A DNA stretch of 64,000 bases from Bacteroidia bacterium (GCA_020635905.1 JACJYV010000004.1:243142-307141), one strand, 5' to 3'. Shown: positions 36,280-45,637, counted from the stretch's first letter. A program made the numbers and translations. The notes: generated by a model not told the origin, from the letters alone.

Positions 36280-37446
36280 TCAATGCAGTTTATTGTGCGT
36301 GATCCACCAACGGTCGGGAATTTCGTCGTGACGAGCCTTTTGGAAATCCGTCTCAGAGCAGGCCACCAGTTTGTACTTTCCGTCGGGTTTGCCAATGGCA
36401 TTTGCGTAAGGCACTTTCATCCACCAGCGGTCGGTGAGGTCGTTGCGGAAAAATTCGATTTCATAGGCGCCACCCAGCAGCGAAACCGTGTGTTTGGCCA
36501 TGGCTTCCTCGTTGGGAGGCATTTCGTCCTTGCGATTGTACACCCCGTCGATGAAGTACCAGATCATGAGGCTGGTAAGCAGGGTGGTTTGCTCGTTGAA
36601 GTCTTTCATGGGATGGGCTTCGCAAAAGCTGATGGAAGATACGCTGTCAGACATGCCCGCATACCAACTCAACTGGCAGATTTCTTCTGTGGTAAAGCCC
36701 GCAGGAGATGGATTGCTGGAACCCGGGGCATCTGAGGACCGCACGGCAGACATATCAATGCTGACCATGTCAGAGGTGCGGAGATATGGCTCAGCCTCGC
36801 GCAGATCTTCCCGCAATTTGCCCAGCCTGACCGCTGGAAAATTGAGATTTTTCAGCTTTTTGAGGTCGTTGGCAGAGACAAAATGCCCCTGGTTGCCCAG
36901 ATTGGTAAAATTGAACAGATAATTGGGGCTGTGCACAAAAATTTTGTGGTTGTAACTGTGGTTATTGATCCCAAAATCAGAATCCTCCACGTCGAGGCGC
37001 GAGTCAATGCAGGTGTATTCCACTTTGCGCTGGGAATGGCGGTAGCCCAGATACTGGCCGTAGGCGATGTCCTGCGAGCCTCCCAGGATGATCAGGGTCT
37101 TGCCGCGGCGGGTGATTTCCCACACGATTTCAGCGATGGCGTCGTAGTAATTTACCATGCGTTCGGCATGGCGCATGTTGCCCAGATCGGCGATGCGCAC
37201 ATCTCCCCGTGGTACCGCCAGCTTGTACAGGTGGCGGCGGATGAGGTTGGGGGCCATGGCACAGCCGTTGATTTCTTTGGCGCCTTTGTCCTCGGGGCAG
37301 CCCATGATGATGATATCAGCTTCGCTAATCAGGGGAAATTCATCAAAATGGCCTTTGGTATAATCGCCAAGGGTATAGGGATCCAGGGGGCGGCGAACAG
37401 GTTCGAGTTCCTGGGGAAGGGGAGTAAAATACAGGGAAATATCCAT
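36280..37446 (-). CDS. arginase/ureohydrolase-fold protein with substituted metal ligands (often annotated formimidoylglutamase)
   Basis: 388 aa. Family-like blocks are LGGSQD (canonical GGDHS), CIDSRLD (canonical DAHxD) and SIDMSAVRSSDAPG (canonical SxDxDxxDP). Confidence 0.65.
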   Translation of the reverse strand: MDISLYFTPLPQELEPVRRPLDPYTLGDYTKGHFDEFPLISEADIIIMGCPEDKGAKEINGCAMAPNLIRRHLYKLAVPRGDVRIADLGNMRHAERMVNYYDAIAEIVWEITRRGKTLIILGGSQDIAYGQYLGYRHSQRKVEYTCIDSRLDVEDSDFGINNHSYNHKIFVHSPNYLFNFTNLGNQGHFVSANDLKKLKNLNFPAVRLGKLREDLREAEPYLRTSDMVSIDMSAVRSSDAPGSSNPSPAGFTTEEICQLSWYAGMSDSVSSISFCEAHPMKDFNEQTTLLTSLMIWYFIDGVYNRKDEMPPNEEAMAKHTVSLLGGAYEIEFFRNDLTDRWWMKVPYANAIGKPDGKYKLVACSETDFQKARHDEIPDRWWITHNKLH

Positions 37447-37485
37447 GTAGAATCTGCTTAACGGATTATTGTGTTAAATTTGGGC

Positions 37486-37493
37486 CAAATATA
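37486..37493 (-). promoter_or_regulatory. Bacteroidota-type -7 promoter box (TATATTTG)
   Basis: Perfect TAnnTTTG on the minus strand, 39 nt upstream of ATG 37446. Confidence 0.5.
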
Positions 37494-37516
37494 TAAAAAG
37501 GATCAAGTCCAATATC

Positions 37517-38497
37517 ATGATCTTACTCACAGGTGGTTCCGGTTTTCTGGGCAAGCATATTTTGAAAGAACTGTTGCTTCAGGGGGAGCAGGTGCGGGTG
37601 ATGTGCCGGCATCCTGAGGCGGTGGACTGGTCGCCCTTTGAGGCCCTGGGAAGTGGGAAGTATGAGGTTTTTCAGGGGGATATTCTTGATCCCTATGCCA
37701 TTCAGGAAGCCCTGGAAGGGGTAAAACAGGTGATTCATTGTGCTGCTTTGGTGAGCTTTGTGAAGAAGGAACGGCCCCTGATGTACCGCATCAATGTGGA
37801 GGGAACGGCCAATCTGGTGGATGCCTGTTTGCTGTCTCAGGTGGAAAAGTTTGTCCACATTAGTTCCATTGCCGCAGTTGGAAATTCACAGGATGATTCC
37901 CCTGCCGACGAAAAAACAAGATGGAAAAAAGACAGGCAAACCACCCATTATTCCATTACCAAGTATCAGGCTGAAAAGGAGGTTTACCGGGGAATTGCTG
38001 AGGGACTGAATGCCGTCATTTGTAATCCAGGCGTGATAATCGGGCCTGGAGCAGATAATAAGACCACTTTTAAGCTGTTTGCCCGCATTAAGAAAGGATT
38101 GAAATACTATCCAGAAGGCACCAACAGCTATGTAAGCGTTTCTGATTGTGCCAAAGCTGTATTTTTATTGCTGAAAAAAGACCTGAAAAGCGGGGAAAGG
38201 TACATTCTCGTGAGTGAAATTATTCCCTACAAGGATTACGTAGGTCTGATTGCCAAAGTGGTGGGTGGAAAAGCTCCTGCCACTCGTATTCCTAAGCTTT
38301 TGCTCAGGATTGCTGGTCCATTGGCAGAAATTTTCTCTTCCAAAAGCCAGGGGCCGCCGATCATTTCAGCAGAGACTTCCCGGCTGGTGGGGGCGAAATT
38401 CATTTTTTCAGGGCAGAAAATCACCCGGGAACTGGGGTTTTCTTATACCTCAATTGAGGATACGTTGAGGGAAATCGCGAAGGAATTTAAGGGGTGA
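37517..38497 (+). CDS. NAD-dependent epimerase/dehydratase (extended SDR)
   Basis: N-terminal LLTGGSGFLGKH Rossmann motif and a YxxxK active site (YSITKYQAEK). Confidence 0.85.
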   Translation: MILLTGGSGFLGKHILKELLLQGEQVRVMCRHPEAVDWSPFEALGSGKYEVFQGDILDPYAIQEALEGVKQVIHCAALVSFVKKERPLMYRINVEGTANLVDACLLSQVEKFVHISSIAAVGNSQDDSPADEKTRWKKDRQTTHYSITKYQAEKEVYRGIAEGLNAVICNPGVIIGPGADNKTTFKLFARIKKGLKYYPEGTNSYVSVSDCAKAVFLLLKKDLKSGERYILVSEIIPYKDYVGLIAKVVGGKAPATRIPKLLLRIAGPLAEIFSSKSQGPPIISAETSRLVGAKFIFSGQKITRELGFSYTSIEDTLREIAKEFKG

Positions 38498-38508
38498 TGT
38501 TGGTGCTA

Positions 38509-38735
38509 TTCAACACAAAGACACGAAGTTCGCAAAGTTTTTTTGGGGGAAAGCTTCAGATTGTGGGTATTAAATGGAGCGGTTTTTTTAACACAGAGAA
38601 CCACAGAGCCCAGTTTAGTGGTCAGAAGATTTTTTATTTGAAGCTTCCGCTTTTTGGTGGTTTTTAACACAAAGACACAAATAGTTCACAGAGATTGTTT
38701 TGATTGAAAAACTTCGTTTTTGAGTTTACAGAGAC
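38509..38735. repeat. dispersed short repeats in a convergent intergenic region
   Basis: AACACAAAGACAC occurs at 38512 and 38666 (154 nt apart), with the variant AACACAGAGAACC at 38590. CACAGAG occurs at 38602 and 38687; AAGCTTC at 38551 and 38641. T-runs lie in between. Confidence 0.5.
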
Positions 38736-38765
38736 TGGTTTTATAAGATTCAGGGGAATTCTCCT

Positions 38766-39842
38766 TTAAATCCTGTCTGCTTTGCTGCGTAGCCACAGAT
38801 CGGCCATGACCAGGGCGGCCATGGCTTCCACGATTGGAACTGCACGGGGCACCACGCAGGGATCATGGCGGCCTTTTCCTTTGGCAATGGCTTCATTTCC
38901 AGCAGTATCCACGCTGCGCTGGTCCTGCATGATGGTGGAAGTGGGCTTGAAGGCCGTTTTGAAAAGGATGTCTTCCCCGTTCGAAATTCCCCCCTGCATA
39001 CCGCCCGAATGATTGGTGCGGGTACGGACCCGTTCACCTTCCATGTAAAATTCGTCGTTGTGCTCAGAGCCTTTCAGCCGCGAGCCCTCAAAGCCTGAGC
39101 CAAATTCAATGCCTTTCACGGCATTGATGCTGAGCACGGCATGCCCAAGCAGGGCATGGACTTTGTCAAAGACGGGGGCTCCCAGGCCGGGCGGCACATG
39201 CTGGATGCGGCAGCCAATCACCCCGCCCAGGGAGTCGCCCGCCTGGCGGGCATTTTCAATGGCGTCTGCCATTTGCTGGGCCAGGTTTGCATCCGGACAA
39301 CGGGTCCATTGCTGGGCCTGGGTTTCGAGCAGGAGAGAGGCTGGCCAGTTGGGTAATTCCAGGGTATGAATGGCATGAACCCAGGCTTCGATTTGCAGGC
39401 CGCAGGCCGTTTGCAGCAGTTGCTTCGCCACTGCTCCTCCAATCACCCGGGCCAGGGTTTCCCTGGCCGAACTGCGACCGCCGCCGCGGTGGTCGCGCAG
39501 GCCGTATTTGGCAAACCAGCCGTAATCTGCGTGGGAAGGCCGAAAAACATGCTCGATGTGATCGTAATCAGCTGATTTTTGGTCCTCATTGCGCACCAGA
39601 AAAGCCAGGGGAGCTCCCGTGGTTACTGCCCCCGCCATACCTGAAAGTAATTCAAATGTATCCGACTCTTTGCGCTGGGTCGTAAGGGGATTTTGCCCGG
39701 GTTTACGACGATCCAGTTCATGTTGAATGGCCTCCAGATCCAGCTTCAGGCCCGCAGGGCAGCCATCCACCACCACGCCAAGTCCTGCTCCATGGGATTC
39801 TCCAAAGGAGGTGATGCGGAATATGTGGCCGAAGGAATTCAT
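38766..39842 (-). CDS. aroC: chorismate synthase
   Basis: 358 aa. The FRITSFGESHG N-terminus, RPGHADY-like SHADY and GRHDPCV motifs are classical AroC. Confidence 0.95.
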   Translation of the reverse strand: MNSFGHIFRITSFGESHGAGLGVVVDGCPAGLKLDLEAIQHELDRRKPGQNPLTTQRKESDTFELLSGMAGAVTTGAPLAFLVRNEDQKSADYDHIEHVFRPSHADYGWFAKYGLRDHRGGGRSSARETLARVIGGAVAKQLLQTACGLQIEAWVHAIHTLELPNWPASLLLETQAQQWTRCPDANLAQQMADAIENARQAGDSLGGVIGCRIQHVPPGLGAPVFDKVHALLGHAVLSINAVKGIEFGSGFEGSRLKGSEHNDEFYMEGERVRTRTNHSGGMQGGISNGEDILFKTAFKPTSTIMQDQRSVDTAGNEAIAKGKGRHDPCVVPRAVPIVEAMAALVMADLWLRSKADRI

Positions 39843-39931
39843 TTTTTCAGATAGGAGATTTTCAGAGGCTAGTCCTTAGTCGTTAGTCCTTAGTCGTTAG
39901 TCGTTGGGGATGGCTCGTCGCTCGCAACTCG
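39843..39931. repeat. heptanucleotide-phased intergenic tract (R7)
   Basis: Parses as agtcctt agtcgtt agtcctt agtcgtt agtcgtt ggggatg gctcgtc gctcgca. Runs from the aroC start codon to the MlaD-like stop. Confidence 0.8.
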
Positions 39932-40906
39932 TTACTCCTCCTCATACAATTTCTGTTTGCCGCTGAGGGTCATGGAAACGTGGATACGTTTGGTTCGCAG
40001 ATGCTCCAGGGTTTTGTTCAGGTTTTTGACGGTTTCGTCCAGATCACTGGCAAATTTTTCGTCATAAAGCACTTTTCCCATGAGGGTATTTTTGTCCTTG
40101 CTTTGCGCCAGCAACTCTTCCACAGAAACCATCAGTCCTTCTGTTTGTTTGAGCATTTCAGCCAGACTTCCCATCAGGCTATCTGCTTTGGGTAGGGAAT
40201 TTTCCTTTACCCCCTGACTGATCGATCGCACGTCCTCCATGGTCAGTTTGGCTTCGTCGGCCAGGTCGTTCATTTTCACCAATGCGCTGTCCACCTTGGT
40301 AACCAGCCTTTTTTGTTCCACCTGACCCAGAATGCGATTGAGTTTGTCAGCTGCGCCTGAAAGGTCAGAAACCGTGCCGGCCAGTTCGCCCGTATTGATT
40401 TCGCGGCTCAGTTCGCCCACCGCGCGGGTTACGTCCTTCACACTTTGAAAAAGGCTGTCCATGGCGCCTGGCGAAATTCCCTGCATCATGCCGCCAAACT
40501 GAGAAAAAGCTGTGCTGAAATCCATGGCCGTATTTCCCCTGATACGGGCGCCAGGATTGAGCTTATTGCCCTGATTTCCAGGATATAGTTCAATCATTTT
40601 ACCCCCAGTCAGTTCTTTGATGCGGATTTCTGCGCTGGCATTTTCAAACAGACTTACCTCTTCATTGAGGGCAATTTCCACCAACGCGCCATCCTGTGCC
40701 AGGGAAATGGACTTCACTTTGCCAGATGGGAGCCCGAAAACATTGATTTTATCATTGGTTTTGAGGCCGGCCACATTGTCGAACAGAATGGTATAGGTCT
40801 GGGCTGATTCCGCAAAAAAATGGATGCCCTTTCCCCAGGCAATGAACAGATAGAGGGCGAGGATACCGCCAAGGACGGTCATACCTATTTTTGTTTCCCG
40901 TTTCAA
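39932..40906 (-). CDS. MlaD/MCE-family protein
   Basis: 324 aa. N-terminal KRETKIGMTVLGGILAL anchor, MCE beta-barrel region (GLKTNDKINVFGLPSGKV) and a long helical C-terminus. TTG start 1 nt after the upstream stop. Confidence 0.75.
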   Translation of the reverse strand: MKRETKIGMTVLGGILALYLFIAWGKGIHFFAESAQTYTILFDNVAGLKTNDKINVFGLPSGKVKSISLAQDGALVEIALNEEVSLFENASAEIRIKELTGGKMIELYPGNQGNKLNPGARIRGNTAMDFSTAFSQFGGMMQGISPGAMDSLFQSVKDVTRAVGELSREINTGELAGTVSDLSGAADKLNRILGQVEQKRLVTKVDSALVKMNDLADEAKLTMEDVRSISQGVKENSLPKADSLMGSLAEMLKQTEGLMVSVEELLAQSKDKNTLMGKVLYDEKFASDLDETVKNLNKTLEHLRTKRIHVSMTLSGKQKLYEEE

Positions 40907-40907
40907 T

Positions 40908-41891
40908 TTATTGTTTGGCGAGTTCTTCCTTCAGAAAGTCAATGACTTTCACAGGATTGGGGTCTTCTTCGTTGATGTAGGCGAGATAAAGTGAAACCCA
41001 GTCACCCAGATGCAGCCAGTAAAAAAGCTGGGCCAGGCGGGATTTTCCACGCGGTTTCAGGGTAATGATATTCTCAGTGCAGTTGGCAATCAGGTCCTTG
41101 CTGATGCCCATGCGCACGAGGTTGCGGGGCAGGTCGAGGTCGCTTTCAAAGAAAATGACGGTCGAATTTTTTAAAATTCCTTCAGGATTTTTCCATCCAA
41201 CCAACTCATTATGGTTCATTTCAGGCACCACGTGATGGCTGCAGATGTGTTTCCCGTTTTCTTCAATTTGCTGCCTCCAGCGGATGGCCACAGATTCAAA
41301 ATCGGGGGAACTGTAGAGAATGGGGAAATTTCCCCTAATCTCTGCTGCGATATTTTTGGCCAGTTCGTGGTCGCCAAAATTTTCCACCTCGGAAACGGCT
41401 TCCTGAAAATCAGCCTCAAAATCGCCAATCAGGCCAAAATGGCGGAATATGTAAAGCAATTGGGTGATGGAAAATCCGGCTGCAGAACGGGGAGGATTGC
41501 CGCCAGGCACCTGAATCAGGTCGAGTCCATTACTCTGGGCGATTTCCCTGACTTTTCCATTGGATGAAACGCATACAAAGGTGGCGCCCCGTTCACGCGC
41601 CTCTGCAAAAGCAGCCAGCGTCTCCTCAGTATTGCCCGAATAAGAGGAAATGATTACCAGTGAGTTTTTTCCCACATAAGCAGGAACGGAATAATCGCGG
41701 TTGATCAGAAAGGGGACGGGGCATTGATCTGAAACGTAATTTTTGATGACCTCCCCGCCAAAAGCTGAGCCTCCCATCCCGAACAGGGTCACATTTTCAA
41801 TTTTTGTCCCTGAGGGACTCAAAACTGCTGCCTTTCCAATTTCGTCCGCAAGTTTCATTTGGGCAGCAAATGATTTAATCAATTGTTCCAT
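40908..41891 (-). CDS. bifunctional phosphoglucose/phosphomannose isomerase (SIS domain)
   Basis: 327 aa. SIS motifs FGMGGSAFGG and ISSYSGNTEET. The C-terminal half is typical of archaeal/bacterial PGI/PMI. Confidence 0.8.
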   Translation of the reverse strand: MEQLIKSFAAQMKLADEIGKAAVLSPSGTKIENVTLFGMGGSAFGGEVIKNYVSDQCPVPFLINRDYSVPAYVGKNSLVIISSYSGNTEETLAAFAEARERGATFVCVSSNGKVREIAQSNGLDLIQVPGGNPPRSAAGFSITQLLYIFRHFGLIGDFEADFQEAVSEVENFGDHELAKNIAAEIRGNFPILYSSPDFESVAIRWRQQIEENGKHICSHHVVPEMNHNELVGWKNPEGILKNSTVIFFESDLDLPRNLVRMGISKDLIANCTENIITLKPRGKSRLAQLFYWLHLGDWVSLYLAYINEEDPNPVKVIDFLKEELAKQ

Positions 41892-41895
41892 GTCG

Positions 41896-41903
41896 CAAAT
41901 ATA
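41896..41903 (-). promoter_or_regulatory. Bacteroidota-type -7 promoter box (TATATTTG) only 4 nt from the start codon
   Basis: The minus strand reads TATATTTG CGAC ATG. Confidence 0.5.
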
Positions 41904-42282
41904 GTTCAGTTATCCTGAAATCATACGAAAACCGCAATCTGTCAGCTGCAATTTCAGGAGAAAAGTAACGGTTGATATGTGGTTTAATTGAATTTTTTTA
42001 CAAGAATAAATTAATTAAATTTGAAATGCCTGAGTGTTTGTCAATTACTGAATGAGGAAGTTTCCAGTCCAAATTAACCTGAAGAGGGAATAGCACTTCC
42101 AATTCTAAAGAAAAATCGAGTCAAATAATTTTTCTGCGGATCGCGTTGAAAGTTAATGAAGCCGGACATTTCAAATTTTGAAAAATCCTTTTAAATTACG
42201 GTTGCAAAGAGACAATACTGACAGTTAGAAGTTATTAATGATTACGCCAACAATTCTATTCTAAATATTTATACCAACTAAA

Positions 42283-42786
42283 ATGATACTAAGCACTGTG
42301 AAACAAGAAAACGACCAACTGCCTGAAAACGAGAACTTTGAGCAATTTGATGTAGTTCAGGACGAGCAGCTTGCTCTCCTCGAGCAAAGTCTGATTGAGT
42401 TGCGGGAGGTTTTCAGGAACCATCAAAAGTACATCAAGGATCATTTCAAGATTTCAGAGCTTGAGATGGAGATTGTGCAGTATGTGGCGCGAAATGGTCG
42501 AAAAAAAATGAAGGACATTGGAGAAGCTTTTAACATTAAGCTCTCTACATTGACCAGCATTGTGGACAAAATTGAGCGACAGAAATTCGTGAAGCGGGTC
42601 AATTCCAAAACTGACCGCAGAGCAGTTTATCTTGACCTCACGCCAAAAGGAAAAAATCTGTACTCCAAGTACAGCCACTATATTTCCGTCATGGCGAAAT
42701 TGATGAAACGCAGAATTGCCGACGAGCATTTTGACGTATTTGTTTCTGAGCTGGCCAACATTACCAAAAATTTCAGCACGTTGTAA
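42283..42786 (+). CDS. MarR-family transcriptional regulator
   Basis: 167 aa. wHTH region MKDIGEAFNIKLSTLTSIVDKIERQKFVKRVNSKTDRRAVYLDLTPKG is the classical MarR pattern. Confidence 0.8.
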   Translation: MILSTVKQENDQLPENENFEQFDVVQDEQLALLEQSLIELREVFRNHQKYIKDHFKISELEMEIVQYVARNGRKKMKDIGEAFNIKLSTLTSIVDKIERQKFVKRVNSKTDRRAVYLDLTPKGKNLYSKYSHYISVMAKLMKRRIADEHFDVFVSELANITKNFSTL

Positions 42787-42797
42787 TTCAGCCAGGG

Positions 42798-43553
42798 ATG
42801 GGAAAGGAGTGGTTTGATTCCTGGTTTGATTCGCCGTATTACCCACTGGTTTATGCACACCGCGATTACGATGAAGCCGAACGCTTTGTCAAAGCGCTCC
42901 TGAATTTCCTCCAGCCCGGTCCGGGTGACCGGGTGCTGGATTTGGCCTGCGGGCGGGGGAGGCACTCCCTCTTTCTCCACAGCCAGAATTTGAAAGTTGT
43001 CGGGATGGACCTTTCTGAGGAAAGCATCCGCGACGCCAAAAGGGCCGCCAGTCATGACCTGACCGGCGGCCCTGATTTTTATGTCAAAGACATGCGACAA
43101 CCTTTTGGCCTGGGCAAATTCAACCTCATTTTCAATTTGTTTACCAGCTTTGGCTATTTCAGTCACAGCGACGAAAATCAGCAGGTTTTTTCCAATGTAA
43201 AAGATGCGCTGGAGCCTGACGGGACCTTTGTCCTTGATTTTTTGAATTCAAAAAAAGCCATGCGGGAAATGATTCCCCATCAGACCCGCGATTTGGGCAG
43301 GGGGATCAGCGCAGAATTCAATAAAAAAATTGAGAATGGAAAGGTGGTCAAAGACATTTTGATTCGGGATGGAGGAAAGGAATTTTGCTTCCAGGAGCGG
43401 GTCCAGTTGCTGGAACTGGCAGATTTTCAGGCTTTTGCCCGGCGGGCGGGCTTCAAAATTGAAAATACCTGGGGTGATTATGAGGGAAATCCCTTCCATG
43501 AGCACAATTCGCCAAGACTGATCCTGTTTATGAAAATGGTGGAATTAGCCTGA
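42798..43553 (+). CDS. class I SAM-dependent methyltransferase
   Basis: Motif I VLDLACGRGRHS and post-I GMDLS. About 250 aa. Confidence 0.85.
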   Translation: MGKEWFDSWFDSPYYPLVYAHRDYDEAERFVKALLNFLQPGPGDRVLDLACGRGRHSLFLHSQNLKVVGMDLSEESIRDAKRAASHDLTGGPDFYVKDMRQPFGLGKFNLIFNLFTSFGYFSHSDENQQVFSNVKDALEPDGTFVLDFLNSKKAMREMIPHQTRDLGRGISAEFNKKIENGKVVKDILIRDGGKEFCFQERVQLLELADFQAFARRAGFKIENTWGDYEGNPFHEHNSPRLILFMKMVELA

Positions 43554-43587
43554 TTCCTGAATCCAATTCCCCGTTATTCTTCCTAAC

Positions 43588-44175
43588 TTGCGGCCCATGC
43601 TGGACGCCATTTACAATTTTGATATCCGTCTGTATCTGTGGCTCAGAGGGGCTTTGTTTTCGCCGTTTATGGAGTCGTTTGCAAAGATTTTGGGCAATCC
43701 TTACGGCTGGATGCCCGTTTTTGCCATGGTGGCGGCTCTGTTGTATGTGCACCGTCCGCAGAAACTGGGACGTGACCTTTTCTTTGGTCTGGTTGCCTTT
43801 GTGCTCAGCTACCAGGTGAGCCAGGTGCTGGGTTATTTTGTGCAAAGAAAATCACCCGCTTCCCTCGAGAGTATCATTCGGGCGGCAGACGGGGAGGAGA
43901 TCCTCCTGCAACTGGACGATTTCAGTTTTCCTGATTGGGCCGTGGCCGCCATGGCAGGAGTTTTGATTTTTGTGCGCCTGCGCATGGAAGAGAAAAGACG
44001 CTTTCTGGTGCTTTTGGCTGGGTTTTCACTGGGCTTGCTTATTCTTTGCCGGGTTTACTCGGGTCAGTGTTTTCCGCTGGACGCCGTAGGCGGCCTGCTG
44101 GTGGGGATGCTGATGGGCATCCTTTCTGCCCGGGTTGCCGCAGGCATGGACCGCTTTTCCGTGAAGGTAAGCTGA
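43588..44175 (+). CDS. PAP2-fold membrane protein with substituted catalytic residues
   Basis: Six-TM layout. PAP2-like blocks are RKSP (C1), FPDW (canonical PSGH) and CRVYSGQCFPLD (canonical SRxxxxxHxxxD). TTG start; ATG 43597 is an alternative. Confidence 0.5.
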   Translation: MRPMLDAIYNFDIRLYLWLRGALFSPFMESFAKILGNPYGWMPVFAMVAALLYVHRPQKLGRDLFFGLVAFVLSYQVSQVLGYFVQRKSPASLESIIRAADGEEILLQLDDFSFPDWAVAAMAGVLIFVRLRMEEKRRFLVLLAGFSLGLLILCRVYSGQCFPLDAVGGLLVGMLMGILSARVAAGMDRFSVKVS

Positions 44176-44252
44176 AGGTAGCGGTCAGCTTTTAGCAGTC
44201 AGCGGTCAGCGGTCAGCAATCAGCAATCAGCAATCAGCAGTCAGCGTTCAGG
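44176..44252. repeat. heptanucleotide-phased tract (R8)
   Basis: 11 in-phase units starting at the base after the stop: aggtagc ggtcagc ttttagc agtcagc ggtcagc ggtcagc aatcagc aatcagc aatcagc agtcagc gttcagg. Confidence 0.85.
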
Positions 44253-44353
44253 CATCACCCCAATTAATGTTTCTTACTATCTGGAAGACATCAATTTGCA
44301 ATCCTGATTTATCCCCCTAATTTTACATCGTTCAATAATTTCGCAAATAACTT

Positions 44354-44935
44354 ATGGCAGTATTGGTTGGCAAAAAGGCGCCTGCATTTGTGGAAACGGC
44401 GGTGGTAAATGGGGGAGAGGTTGACACAAATTTCACCCTTTCGCAGTTTGAAGGGAGGAAATACGTGCTGTTTTTCTTCTATCCTTTGGATTTTACTTCT
44501 GTTTGCAACTCAGAATTGGTGGCTTTTCAGCAAAGTCTGTCTGACTTTGAAGTCCGTGATGTACAGGTGGTGGGCTGCTCCGTGGATTCGCATTATTCTC
44601 ACCAGGCATGGCTGAAAATGCCGCTGGCTCAGGGGGGAATCCAGGGGATTACTTATCCTTTGGTGGCCGATTTCAGCAAGTCCATTGCAAATAATTATGG
44701 TGTGCTGGCCGGGGACTGGGATTATAACGAGCAGGGCGAACTGGCTTTTGAGGGTAAACCCATGGCTTACAGAGGGTCGTTTTTGATCGATCTGGAGGGG
44801 ATTGTGCGTCACCAGGTGGTGAATGATCTGCCCCTCGGGCGCAGCGTGGGGGAGGCCCTGCGTATGGTGGATGCTTTGCAGCATTTCGACCAAAATGGGG
44901 AAGATTGCCCGGCCAACTGGAAAAGGGAGATTTAA
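44354..44935 (+). CDS. 2-Cys peroxiredoxin (AhpC/Prx1 type)
   Basis: FFFYPLDFTSVCNSE carries the peroxidatic Cys. C-terminal GEDCPANW carries the resolving Cys. Confidence 0.9.
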   Translation: MAVLVGKKAPAFVETAVVNGGEVDTNFTLSQFEGRKYVLFFFYPLDFTSVCNSELVAFQQSLSDFEVRDVQVVGCSVDSHYSHQAWLKMPLAQGGIQGITYPLVADFSKSIANNYGVLAGDWDYNEQGELAFEGKPMAYRGSFLIDLEGIVRHQVVNDLPLGRSVGEALRMVDALQHFDQNGEDCPANWKREI

Positions 44936-45170
44936 TACGACTTTCAGATTATCAGCAGGAATTAGACCAGTATTTTGGATGCATTCTACAAGTGATTGAA
45001 AATGAATGATATCCATGCTGCCAATAATCACCATGATTTATTTTGTGGACCCTGGTTGAAAAAATTGGCCATTAAATTTTGATGGATAGAACCTGATTGC
45101 TTATCTTTAATTCGATTTTCCGAACTAAACTAAACTATTTTTTAAATCTAAACTTCAAGGGTGGAAACAC

Positions 45171-45560
45171 ATGGCATATAATCTGATCATGCTTGTGGAC
45201 GAAGATGAGATTGACAACATCATCAATCAAAAGATCATCGAGTCCAACAGCTTTGCTGATGAAATATTGGTTTACCAAACGGGTCAGGAGGCCCTCGAAT
45301 ACCTTTCAAGTAACTCCAAAGACAATGCTGCATTGCCCGATTTGATTTTTCTGGACATCAACATGCCCATCATGGACGGGTTTCAGTTTCTGGAAGAATT
45401 TGAGAAAATGCCCGATTCCGTGAAAACCAAGTGTAAAATCATCATGCTTTCCTCGTCTATCAGTCCACGGGACATCGACCGGGCGGCAAGTAATAAGTAT
45501 GTGATTAAGTATCTGAACAAGCCACTGAATTCCAGATACCTGCAAGCCATCAACGTTTAA
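45171..45560 (+). CDS. stand-alone response regulator receiver domain
   Basis: 129 aa. Acidic pair DEDE, phospho-acceptor context LIFLDINMP, and conserved S..K (MLSSS...KPL). Confidence 0.85.
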   Translation: MAYNLIMLVDEDEIDNIINQKIIESNSFADEILVYQTGQEALEYLSSNSKDNAALPDLIFLDINMPIMDGFQFLEEFEKMPDSVKTKCKIIMLSSSISPRDIDRAASNKYVIKYLNKPLNSRYLQAINV

Positions 45561-45577
45561 TAATAATCAACAGAAAT

Positions 45578-45610
45578 AAAAAACCCGGCAGTGATCCTGC
45601 CGGGTTTTTC
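45578..45610. terminator. bidirectional intrinsic terminator
   Basis: A6, CCCGGCAG tgatc CTGCCGGG, T5. Lies between the convergent ends at 45560 and 45638. Confidence 0.8.
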
Positions 45611-45637
45611 TTTGCGTAGATTTTTCAATCTCCGGGT

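Noticed and set aside
35510-40906. Possible Mla/MCE lipid-transport operon (MlaF-like ATPase at 35510, MlaD-like at 39932, PqiA-like at 23408).
   Set aside because: The components are dispersed, separated by unrelated genes (arginase-fold, SDR, aroC). No MlaE permease is present in the window. They cannot be called a single system from this sequence.
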